Assembly (NCBI GenBank): GCA_002269645.1 | Contig: NIVC01000419.1 | Span: 248,001 to 312,000 of the forward strand | Direction of reading: 5' to 3' | DNA: 64,000 nt | Source of the DNA: Macrostomum lignano | Taxonomy: Eukaryota | The notes under the pieces: generated by a model | Databases searched by the model: none | What the model was told of the DNA's origin: nothing | What the model saw: the letters and a program-made list of their open reading frames with translations, nothing else | Part shown: positions 25,297 through 36,443 of the stretch, one piece after another | How positions within the stretch are numbered: position 1 is the first letter of the stretch | How the letters are laid out: every line of letters starts with the position of its first letter | Translations under genes and position numbers: made by a program

Positions 25297-25714
25297 AACC
25301 CTAACCAAACCACAACCCTAACCAAACAACAACCCTAACCAAACAACAACCCTAACCAAACAACAACCCTAACCAAACCACAACCCTAACCAAACCACAA
25401 CCCTAACGAAACCACAAACCTAACCAGACCACAACCCTAACCAGACCACAACCCTAACGAAACCACAACCCTACCAAACCACAACCCTAACCAAACCACA
25501 ACCCTAACCAGACCACAACCCTAACGAAACCACAACCCTACCAAACCACAACCCTAACCAGACCACAACCCTAACCAAACCACAACCCTAACCAGACCAC
25601 AACCCTAACCAAACCACAACCCTAACCAAACAACAACCCTAACCAAACCACAACCCTAACCAGACCACAACCCTAACGAAACCACAACCCTAACCAAACC
25701 ACACCCTAACCAAA
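25297..25714. repeat. 17-bp telomere-like minisatellite, ~24 copies
   Basis: Unit AACCCTAACCAAACCAC; contains AACCCTAACC, i.e. GGTTAGGGTT on the minus strand. Confidence 0.92.
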
Positions 25715-25762
25715 CGACAATTTTCACCTGCACAGACCACAAAGAGTCGCTCAGCTGCTCTG

Positions 25763-27083
25763 ATGCAAAACAGCACGGAATCAATGAGACCAGCCTGCCT
25801 ACCGGACCACAGCTTAGCCAGGGCCAATGCTGACTCTGACGGAGTAGCTGAAATCATCATTAAGTTCATTCCTTGGATATTTCTAATTGTAGCCATTCTT
25901 GGCACCGCCGCCAACACAATGGTGCTGGCTATTTTCGGCCAGAATCGACGGATTATAAGTCGGAATCCCAGACTGCTGGTCATAAATCAATCAACCATCG
26001 ACCTGCTTGCCTGTCTGACCATGGGGGCCAAGTGGGCGACACTCGACGCTCCGAGACACGTGCCCGCCAACTTTGCAGGCGACTTGTTGTGCCGAGTCTG
26101 GTTCAGCGAGTACGTCATCTGGGTGCTGGTCATCTGCAGCACGGTGAGGGAAACCTTGGAAACTAACCTGACCTAGAAGTTATAAGAAACTAAACCTGAC
26201 CTATTGTTGAAATTTAGAAACTAAAACCTGACCTAGAAGTTTGGAGACTAAACCGAATATTTAAGTCTAGAAACTAAACCTGACATACTGTAAGAAGTTT
26301 AGTAACTTTCTAATATTTAGAAACCTGAGCTAAAAAGCAAAATGATGGCAAACTAAAATAATAATTTGAAGCTGAAAAACCGTTGACAAAGCCCCCTTTC
26401 CATCCCACCAGCTGAACCTGCAGGTCATCACTGTCGAGAGATTCCTCGCTCTCGTCCATCCCTTGGTGTCGCGCAGTCGTCAAAAGTTGCGTGTCGCTTG
26501 CTGCTCAGTCTGGGTGTACAGCTGCCTACACGACTGGCGCGTGTTCATGGACGTCACACGCGGATTGGACGCCGACCCGTCCACTCGAAGCTGCTGCGTC
26601 TACAACCGCGCGATTCCCGATTGGCTGTCGAATCTGTTCGGGCTGCAGAATTTCCTCATCACCTTCGGCCTGCCGCTGGTGAACATGACGCTGTGCCACG
26701 CCGCCATAATCCGCAGTCTGCGACGCAGAGGTCGCACCGTAGCGGAGGCGAGTCAGCGACGCAAGCTGGCCGCTTCCAGAGTGCTGATCAAAACCTTTGC
26801 CATCGCTGGAGTTGCCTACGTGTTGTGCTTCAGCACCAACCAGATCTGCTACCTGCTGCACATGTTCCACCTGTTCAACTTTGATCAGAAAGGCCTGTTC
26901 TACAATGTCAGCTTAATTCTTGTCAGCCTAAATATGCTTGTGAATCCGGTGATTTATTTCTGCTTTATGCCCACTTTCAAGAAGGCTGCGATTCGTCTGT
27001 TCCACTTGAATCAGCGCCCGGACGAGCTTCGATGCGTCACGGACGGCACAGCGGCTGCTGCGGCAAAGGTTACGAGATTTTAA
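25763..27083 (+). CDS. Class A (rhodopsin-like) GPCR, probable peptide receptor (galanin/allatostatin-A-like orphan), 2 exons
   Basis: Exons 25763-26143 and 26412-27083 (phase 0). TM1 GTAAN, TM2 NQSTIDLL, TM3 CRVW..LNLQVITVERF, TM5 FGLP, TM7 NMLVNPVIY. Confidence 0.88.
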
Positions 27084-27150
27084 GCTAAAAATATCACGCT
27101 GAGGGAAATCCCTTCTGACTAGCTGCTTGCGGAAAATCTCTTCCTGTGCT

Positions 27151-27380
27151 GGCCAATGAGAGATAAGCAATGGGTTCAAGGAGGGGGATGCTGCGAAGGT
27201 CACCGGATTCTGAGCTAAAAATAAACCATCTGGAATGATTGTTTCATGCTGGCCAATCAGCGATAAGCAATAGGTTCAAGGACGGGGATGCTACGAAGGT
27301 CACTGGATTCTGAGCTAAAAATAAACGTCTAGAATGATTGTTTAATACTGGCCAATCAGCGATAAGCAAAGGGTTCCAGA
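27151..27380 (+). repeat. ~100-bp diverged tandem duplication (2.3 copies) in GPCR 3' region, with AATAAA in the two full copies
   Basis: GGCCAAT.. starts at 27151, 27251 and ~27350; AATAAA at 27220 and 27320. Confidence 0.8.
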
Positions 27381-27755
27381 AGGCGAATCATCGCGTTCTA
27401 AAAATAGAAACGATAATAAACTTCTTGTTTCATCTTCAATAAAGGCACACAAGCTGAAAAAGTTTTGTTATTTAACTTCAAAAATTATATAATTCTTAAT
27501 GGCTTTCAATTTTACTTGATTTATTTATTCAGAAGAGACAAGTTCCAAGACTAAATATAGAAGTTTTCGCCCAAGAATACGAGGAAAAAGTCTTCCTATG
27601 CTACGCTCAAAAAAGGGTAGAAAAATTCCGACACCAAAAAAAACTCTTCAAAGAGTAAAATTAGAAATAAACAAAACTGGCTAAATGCCAACCAGAGCGT
27701 AAAAAAGTCGGTAAAAAAGGAAGAACAACTCTTTTTTAAAAAGTAGTTATAGAGC

Positions 27756-30700
27756 TCAAAACTCCGATTTCAACAGCTCACCCTTGACTTCGGTGTATCC
27801 GACACGGTCGCGTGAGTATCTATTCAAAAATATTCTCTGCCAACAGAGGCAGGTGACGCCCACCATGAGCAGTGCGGCCACCACAACAATCAGCACTACG
27901 GCCATCACTACGTTGCTCATGTTGGGGAAGAAGGCCAAGATGACTGGTCCCTGGAGTGGAGAGGAGGGACAATGGGCTGAATACAAGTAGAGTGACAATG
28001 GATGAAGACAAGTAGAGTGACAATGGATTAAAGACAGTAGAGTGACAATGGATGAAGACAAGTAGAGTGACAATGGATTAAAGACAGTAGAGTGACAATG
28101 AAATGCAGAAAGTAGAGTGACAATGAATTGCAGACAGTAGATTGACAATGAATTGCAGACAGCAGAGTGACAATGAATTGAAGAAAGCAGAGTGAAAATG
28201 GATTGAATACAGTAGAGTGACAATGGATTGAAGACAGCAGAGTGACAATGGATTGAAGACAGCAGAGTGACAATGGATTGAAGACAGCAGAGTGACAATG
28301 GACTGAAGACAGCAGAGTGACAATGGATTGAAGGCAGTACAGAGTGACAATGGATTGAAGGCAGTACAGAGCGACAATGAATTGAAGACAGCGGAGTGAC
28401 AATGAATTGCAGACAGCAGAGTGACAATGAATTAAAGACAGCAGAGTTACAATGGATTGAAGACAGCAGAGTGACAATGGACTGAAGACAGAAGAGTGAC
28501 AATGGATTGATGGGAGTACAGAGCGAAAATGGATTGAAGACAGCAGAGTGAGAATGAATTGAAGGCAGTACAGAGCGACAATGAATTGAAGACAGCAGAG
28601 TGACAATGAGTTAAAGACAGCAGAGTGACAATGAATTGAAGACAGCAGAGTGACAATGGATTGAAGACAGCAGAGTGACAATGGATTGAAGACAGCAGAG
28701 TGACAATGGATTGAAGGCAGTACAGAGTGACAATGAATTGCAGACAGCAGAGTGACAATGGATTGAAGACAGTAGAGTGACAATGGATTGAAGACAGCAG
28801 AGTGCACAATATATTGAAGGCAGTACAGAGTGACAATGAATTGCAGACAGTAGAGTGACAATGAATTGCAGACAGTAGAGTGACAATGAATTGAAGACAG
28901 TAGAGTGACAATGGATTGAAGACAGCAGAGTGACAATGGACTGAAGACAGCAGAGTGACAATGGATTGCAGACAGTTGAGTGACAAGTCAGACAGACAAC
29001 AAAGTACAAACTCACCTGCTTTCCCTCAGCCGCAGCAGCAGTCTCAATGGGTCTCTCGCAGAAGGTCACATTGTACTTTGATTTTAGCGCGTCAGCTTTC
29101 GAGAAATACCAGTTCCAAGCTGGGAATCTGAAATATGGTTATTAAATACTCGTGATTAAAAGCCAACTTGAAAAAGTTACTCTTGTTGAGAGCTACGCTC
29201 GTATCTGGGTAATTTTCAAACAACATTTACCTGGCAATGTGAATTTGTTCGTGCTGACGGCACTGACTGTAAAGACAGTTCAGTTTGTAAATTATCTGAA
29301 AAATGAGTTTAATGAAGGCTGTAAGTTATATCCTATTTTTAGCATTGACAATCTGCTAGATGCGTGAGTATTAGTACGCCTACTAGAATTATAAGTACTT
29401 CAAGTAATTTCTACCTTCATATAGGAGTACAATTGAGCCACTTGATACAAGGATGACTGAAGTAATCTATACTTAAGTAGTCCTTGACTTGGTATTGGAG
29501 TCCAGGTGCTCGACCCAGATATCAGAATCTGAGTACCCCTAGACACCCAAGTCTAGATGCCCCACCCGAGTCTAAATACCCCAACCCTAGATACCCAACC
29601 CCAGTCCTAGATACCCCACCACAGTCCTAGAAACCCCACCCCAGTCTAGTTACCTATATACCCCAGTCTAGAAACCCCACCCCAGTCTAGTTACCTATAT
29701 ACCCCAGTCTAGATACCCCATCCCAGTCTAGATACCCCATCCCAATCTAGATACCCCACTCAGTCTAGATACCCCACCCCAGTCTAGTTACCCTACTTCA
29801 GTCTAGATACCCCATCCCAGTCTAGATACCCCATTCCAGTCTATATACCCCATCCAAGTCTAGATACCCCACCCAGTCTAGATACCCCATCCCAGTCTAA
29901 ATACTCCACTCCATTCTATTCTAGATACCCAGTCTAGATACCCACCCAGTCTAGATACCCACCCCAGTCTAGATACCCCACCCCAGTCTAGATACCCCAC
30001 CCAGATACCCGCCCACCTGGCGGCACTGAACCGGGCAGGGGATGCCCGGACGTCCAACGCAATCGCAGACTCTTTGAGCAGACGCGTTGCCAGCCTCCCT
30101 AGCAACGTCGGCGTAGGCGTACTGCAGCAGGTCCAGAACGCCTTCCAGACAGTAGGGCACCGAGTCTTTGCCACCGTCGAGGCCTGCGCCGGCCTGCTGC
30201 AGCTCCGTGAGGCCGCACAGCAGATCGACGGCGTTGAAGGTCAGCTGGCGGTCCTGGTCGATCAGCTTGGCGGCTGGGCAAGCGGACAGGCGGTTCAGGC
30301 AGGGCCGCAGGCGGCACAGGTTCGACCGGACTCGATCGTCGCGCCAGCTGAGAAGGAGCCGGTCCTCCAGCTCGGTGGGCTCGGCCTGCTCAGGGGATTG
30401 GGTTGATATGGATATGGAGTCTAGATACCTCACAGGTATCTGAGTCTAGCTACCTCACAGGTATCTGAGTCTAGCTACCTCACAGGTATCTGAGTCTATA
30501 GCTACCTCACAGGTATCTGAGTCTAGATACCTCACAGGTATCTGAGTGTAGGTACCTCACAGGTATCTGAGTCTATAGCTACCTCACAGGTATCTGAATC
30601 TAGGTACCTTACAGAAATCTGAGTCTAGGTACCTCACAAGTAGCTGAGTCTAGGTACCTCACAGGTATCTGATTGCAGGTACCTCACAGGTATCTGAGTC

Positions 30701-31855
30701 TAGCTACCTCACAGGTATCTGAGTCTATAGCTACCTCACAGGTATCTGAGTCTATAGCTACCTCACAGGTATCTGAATCTAGGTACCTTACAGAAATCTG
30801 AGTCTAGGTACCTCACAGGTAGCTGAGTCTAGGTACCTCACAGGTATCTGAGTGCAGGTACCTCACAGGTATCTGAGTGTAGGTACCTCACAGGTATCTG
30901 AGTCTATAGATAACTCACAGGTATCTGAGTCTATAGATACCTCACAGGTATCTGAGTCTATAGCTACCTCACAGGTATCTGAGTGCAGGTACCTCACAGG
31001 TATCTGAGTGTAGGTACCTCACAGGTATCTGAGTCTATAGATAACTCACAGGTATCTGAGTCTATAGCTACCTCACAGGTATCTAAGTCTAGGTACCTCA
31101 CAGGTATTTGAGAGCAGGTACCTCACAGGTATCTGAGTCTATAGCTACCTCACAGGTATCTGAGTCTAGGTACCTCACAGGTATCTGAGAGCAGGTACCT
31201 CACAGGTATCTGAGTGTAGGTACCTCTCAGGCATTCGAGTCTATGTACCTACCTTACAGGTATCTGAGTCTAAGTACCTTACAGGTATCTGAGTCTAAGT
31301 ACCTTACAGGTATCTGAGTCTAGGTACCTCACGGGCATCTAAGTCTATAGAATATACTCAAGCGCATTAAGGTTCACTAAGGCTACTGAGTCTAAGTACC
31401 CAAAAGTTACCCCATAGAGTATCAGTATCTGGGTGAGTGCGAGTGCTTAGAGGAACTGGTATCAATGCTTGCCTCCTCAATGCAGGACTAAGCCACCATG
31501 TAACGAACTAAGTAACAAATCAAGGCACAGGTACAGTACGCAGGAAATTGCTCCTGCCTGCTCACCTGAGCGAGGTGAACGCAATACTCTCCAGGCTGAC
31601 ACTTGCTCACTATGAGCCCCACAAACACCCTGGACTTGGTCTTGCTTCGAATGTAATGCACTCCGAAGTCTTCGCCGAACAGTCTGAGAGTCTCGTTCGG
31701 CAAGCCTGAGCAGACCTTGTTGATTCTCAAGTTGTCAACTTGATTGTACGATTGTACTCAGGCACATTAGGCTCGATAGATGATGCAGTTGTTGCTGCTT
31801 GAGCCTGCAGAAGCAGCAGAACCTGCAGGAAAAAGGCGAGAAAAGCCTTAGGCAT
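27756..31855 (-). CDS. Unrecognised type I membrane glycoprotein (~320 aa): signal peptide, Cys-rich ectodomain, single TM, short tail
   Basis: Exons 31855-31566 (MPKAFLAFFLQVLLLLQAQA..., one frameshift near 31741), 30385-30017 (GC3-rich, Cys-rich), 29127-29016 and 27950-27756 (TM VVMAVVLIVVVAALLMVGVTCLCW, tail GYTEV). All junctions are GT/AG; exon 2 to 3 needs one more frame correction. Confidence 0.62.
27985..28985. repeat. 25/26-bp minisatellite, intron 3 of the TM gene
   Basis: Unit GACAGCAGAGTGACAATGGATTGAA. Confidence 0.92.
29545..30010. repeat. Degenerate ~19-20-bp minisatellite (CCCCAGTCTAGATACCCCA)
   Basis: Repeated TCTAGATACCCC core up to the exon donor at 30016. Confidence 0.85.
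30415..31350. repeat. 25-27-bp minisatellite, intron 1 of the TM gene
   Basis: Unit TACCTCACAGGTATCTGAGTCTAGC. Confidence 0.92.
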
Positions 31856-32314
31856 AATTGCTTGCTAAAAAAGACAGAGAAGAATAGCTTAGCAGAATTT
31901 CATATCCGGGGCGGTGGAGTCTAGTGGCTTAAGTAAAGGAAAGGAGGAAAGGAGAGGCGGGCAAGGACTAAAATCGATTGATTTAAGCTGAGCGCGCAAC
32001 GCATGGCAACAATTTGCGGGCAAAACTGGAAAGGGGGACGCCAGACAAAAAGAGTTGAACAAGCGCTACTGCCATTGTGCCAATGCAGCTTTAGACTTCT
32101 CTAGAGCTATGCTCAGCTGAAATCCCCCTACTGATCCTTCCGTAATGCAGAGAGCACAGAAAGGGTAGTAACGAAAATAATGGTAAAGACAGAACCTCAC
32201 TTGTTTAGGGTTAAGCAAAGGCAGCGGGAGCCATATTGGGTTAGGGTAGCTTTTACCAAACTGCATTGTGGCGGGCTACTTGCATTCAGCTTGGCAACTC
32301 TTGCGAATGAGCGA

Positions 32315-32990
32315 GTGAGTGAGTTAATGAGAGTGAGTTAGTGAGTGAGTATTTTAGTGAGTGAGTGATTTAGTGAGTGAGTATTTTAGTGAGTGAGTGA
32401 TTTAGTGAGTGAGTATTTTAGTGAGTGAGTGATTTAGTGAGTGAGTGACTTAATGAGTAAGTAGTTTAGTGAGTGATTGATTGAGTGTGTGTGTTTCAGG
32501 ACCTAAATTAAGTTACAGATGTATTTGTCAGGACCTAAATTAAATCACAGGTGTGTGTGTGTGTGTGTCAGGACCTAAATAAGTTACAGGTGTGTGTGTC
32601 AGGACCTAAATTAAATTACAGTTGTGTGTGTCAGGACCTAAATTAAATCACAGGTGTGTGTGTGTCAAGACCTAAATTAAATTACAATTGTGTGTGTCAG
32701 GACCTAAATTAAATCACAGGTGTGTGTGTGTGTGTGTCAGGACCTAAATAAGTTACAGGTGTGTGTGTCAGGACCTAAATTAAATTACAGTTGTGTGTGT
32801 CAGGACCTAAATTTAATTACAATTGTGTGTGTCAGGACCTAAATTAAATTACAATTGTGTGTGTCAGGACCTAAATTAAGTTACAGCTGTGTGTGTGTGT
32901 GTCAGGACCTAAATTAAATCACAGGTTGTGTGTCAGGACCGAAATTAAATCACAGGCGTGTGTGTGTGTGTCAGGACCTAAATTGATTTC
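32315..32990. repeat. (GAGT)n-like microsatellite followed by a ~33-40-bp CAGGACCTAAATT..(GT)n minisatellite
   Basis: Direct tandem units visible. Confidence 0.88.
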
Positions 32991-33074
32991 TGGTTCAAGA
33001 TTTCTGGTGAGGGGATGTCAAATGTGCAAGTTGGTTATGTCTAAGAATAGGAATTATCGGTCGACTGGTCTTAT

Positions 33075-34028
33075 CCAGGCGCTCCGTGGGAGAGAGTCTA
33101 CTTGGACTTCGCCGGCCCCATCGACGGAACCTAGATGTATCTCCGAGTGCTTGTAGACGCATTTTCCACTATCCTGAAGTGCAGTTAACAAAATTTATGA
33201 AATCAGCCGCCGTGATCTCAGATATGGTGTTCCTGTATATTCTGGTGTCTGACAACGGACCCAGTTTCGGAGCTGGTTGTCTGTCTCATCGATAACTACA
33301 TGTACTACGGCTTATCACCCGGAAAGCAACGGCTTGACCGAGCGTTTCGTGAGGACAATAAGGAGGCTGTCAAGGCCAACGGACTGAGCCATGTAGCTGC
33401 ATTAAGGAGGCTGTCAAGGCCGACGGACTGAGCCATGTAGCTGCATTAAGGAGGCTGTCAAGGCCGACGGACTGAGCCATGTAGCTGCATTAAGGAGGCT
33501 GTCAAGGCCGACGGACTGAGCCATGTAGCTGCATTAAGGAGGCTGTCAAGGCCAACGGAATGAGCCATGTAGCTGCAATGCTCATTATCGAGAGCCACGT
33601 ATCGATCGCTATCTACTATTCTATAGAGAAGGAGAAGCAAGGGCTGTTGTCTCCTGTGGAACTTCTGTCAGGGCGAAAGCTAAGAGTACCCCTCCGATCG
33701 GCCGAATGGAGTCCATCCGACAAGCTGGTGTATCGAGTTGGAGTGCGTAGTTGCGAGGCCACAATGGTGAGTCCGCTGGGTTCAAATACGGCTCTTGTCC
33801 GGCTGATTTGGATCAGCGCATCATGAGGGCTCATCAGGACTGCAAGTACAGCGTTGTGACCCGCCGCCAGAACAGGAGATAGACACAGGGGTCCCGAACA
33901 GCGTTGTTCAAGCGACTTTACGAGTTCAGACTCAGCCGATGGTCGAGCCTGAGTCGGTGACACCGACCAACGCCGGGTTGGAAGGCACCATTACAGGATG
34001 GTGGTACACCCGTATCTCTAAGAAGGAG
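33075..34028 (+). mobile_element. Degraded Ty3/Gypsy integrase relic
   Basis: Fragments APWERVYLDFAGPIDG, VSDNGPSF, TTAYHPESNGLTERFVRTIR, SPVELLSGRKLRVPL with stops and frameshifts; possible PPT AAGAAGGAG before TG at ~34029. Confidence 0.8.
33360..33578. repeat. 44-bp tandem repeat, 5 copies, inside the integrase relic
   Basis: Unit AAGGAGGCTGTCAAGGCCGACGGACTGAGCCATGTAGCTGCATT. Confidence 0.92.
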
Positions 34029-34475
34029 TGAACGGCCACAGCTTACGGGGTATAGGGTACGGTATTTCATTTTAAGCCAAAGCAAGAGCCGACTCCGCGG
34101 CAGCTAAGGAAATAAGAAAATAAAAAGGAAAGACAGAAAGGCTTCCAGCCGTGCTTTGTTAACATAAAAACGTCTTCATCTTTGTCAATCGAAAGATACA
34201 ACAAAAATTACTTTCCAAAATGATAGAAATTAAATTTTTATATAGCTTTCGATACATATCGGTAGAACGTAAAAAAAACTAATTAGATGCGGAAAGATGC
34301 GGTCGAAATAAATACATAGATACGATGTTTTATTATTTTCAAATCACGGCACAATGAGCACCGGCTCGCGGGAATGATGCAGCACATAGTCGGACACGCT
34401 ACCGAGAAAGGTTCGTCGAACTTAAACCCAGACCTCGGCTGCCCAGCAACAGGCAGGTGACGGCCTCCTCTTGGC

Positions 34476-34600
34476 TGACGTCAACGATGGCCGGTCCGGG
34501 GGTGCCAATATTGGTTTCTAGAGACGCTAAAATGAGTTAATCCTGGTTGCTAGGGACGCCAAGAAAAAAATCTGGGTTGCCAATATTGGTTTCTAGAGAC
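34476..34600. promoter_or_regulatory. Motif cluster: palindromic CRE, two perfect CArG boxes, X-box-like motifs
   Basis: TGACGTCA 34476-34483; CCAATATTGG 34505-34514 and 34580-34589; GTTTCTAGAGAC x2; GTTGCTAGGGAC 34546-34557. Function not shown. Confidence 0.35.
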
Positions 34601-35319
34601 CTTATGCATATTACAGCAGCTAGCAGGTCTTTGTTTTGATATTCTTATATTCTAAAACTGTTTGCTGTACTAAACTTTGACAGCTTACCTAATTACCCAA
34701 TGATGAATAACGCTTTATTTTAATTTTCAATGACAGAGCTATTTGACTGTTTGATCCCCTTTACAGTAGCTGTAAATTACTGTACGAGCGAACGAAGTAT
34801 GCATCGTTATGATAAAATATTGGCTAGCAACAATATCGTGATTGCTGCCTGTTTACTTTCTAAATCAAACACAACTAAGATGCTGCTTGCCGATTGTGCA
34901 AACCAGCAAAGCACACTAAGAGGTGCTTTGGCTTGAGGATCCTGCTAATGACTGCTCTGTGCATGCACTTCCATATGACACATCTCCCACCGTATCTCTC
35001 CGTTGCTTGAGTTGATAAACTCAACTCAACAAGCTTTCAGACAAATTGTTAAAATTAATTTGCGAATTCATTGAAGGCAGCGAGACATATTGCAGATGGG
35101 AGACTAGTAGCACTGCAGCTTAGGGAAATGAAAAAATATTTATGAGTTAAGAAGCTGTCAATATATGGAATCAGTCAACCTCCCCCTCACTCCTGACTCC
35201 TGAGCGTCAGACTTTACGGCCCAGCCATAGAAACCCTCTAGCTGCAGCTCATGTGGTCCAAAGCCAGCTAGGTAGCCAGTTGGTTATGGAAAAGAATAAC
35301 CCCCCAAAACAAAATGCAA

Positions 35320-35880
35320 GAACAGCAAGAACAGCACCGCCGGCAGTGTCTGGGGCGCCGGCGTCAACCAGCAGGCAGTCGACGAAACGCCGAGTGCGCG
35401 CCTGCCCCGGCAGTAGGGTGCCTGCAGCGTCAGCAGCAGCACCTCCTACACAGGCTGTGGGCAGTACGACTCGGCTTGGATAAAATGGCCTGCCAGCTGG
35501 AGTCGCCGACGGCGCAACAGTTTGCTGGGACGGAGCAGGCCAGTGCTGCGATAGAGTGGCGCTTTGGTGACTCGCTCGCAGCCGATCTTGGAGGCGGCGC
35601 GAAGCAGGCCAGTGTTCGGGCGAATCCGTCAGCGTCCAGGTCTCGGCGTTGTACAACAGGACGGTCTCAATCACCGCCTGGAACGACGCCACCCTCTGGC
35701 GGTCAGGTAGGGCCTCGGACTGCAGGACAGCCCTCACGGAACGGAAGGCACCCCAGGGAAGTCCACGGCGACGTCGCAGATCCTCGCGAACGTCAGGCAC
35801 CAGACCGCCGAGGTAGACGAACTGCTGACAGAACGGAAGCCTCGTCAGCGCCTGTCCGTCAGTGCCTCGGCAGAAAATTG
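35320..35880 (-). mobile_element. 5'-truncated non-LTR retrotransposon (RTE-like) relic, RT C-terminal region
   Basis: QQFVYLGG..EDLRRRRGLPWGAF..FQAVIETVLLYNAETWTLT resembles the RT thumb/C-terminal motif of RTE-type LINEs; frameshifted downstream. Confidence 0.75.
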
Positions 35881-36443
35881 CAGCCGGGAAGTCGTCCAAA
35901 TTGCTGAGAGAAAGAAAAAGAGCTGTTGCATGGCTCGTTGAAACAACGCAGCGGTGTCTCTGGGGGAGACTGTCCTTCCATACTTTTTCAAAGGACAGGA
36001 AAATGAGGAACAAGTGGCTGATAGCGTTGAGATGAAAAGATCCATCGCCATCCACACAAATCTGCTCGATTAATTTTGAGGGATATTGCTTCAAAGGAGC
36101 AGTCCGCTGGCTTTCTGCCTATCGTCACTAGACGTCTGTACTCCTCCCGTCTTCCTGATGTTCCCTGACCAAAAGAAACGGGAGATTGCCACCGCGGCCG
36201 CAGCTTTGCTGTTGTTGTTGTGTGTATGCGTGTGCGTCTGCATGAGTGAGTGAGTGAGTTAGTGACCGAGCTACCGAATTCAGACGGTGTCTATCAAACA
36301 AAGAAATCAGTAGTCAAAGCCATAGACTATGAAAACAATTGAATCAAACTAAACTTGAGACGACAGTCTTAAGAACCAAATCAGAGCTAAAGCAAGGCTT
36401 ACATGCACTCTGCAACGAGCTGTCATATAAATTTAGTCAAATC

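Noticed and set aside
25297-25714. True telomere or chromosome end
   Set aside because: Unit is 17 bp rather than pure (TTAGGG)n and is flanked by unique genic sequence on both sides.
27756-29069. Overlapping long minus-strand ORFs of 150-300 aa
   Set aside because: Mostly 25-bp satellite read-through; only 27950-27756 and 29127-29016 are bounded by splice sites and kept as exons.
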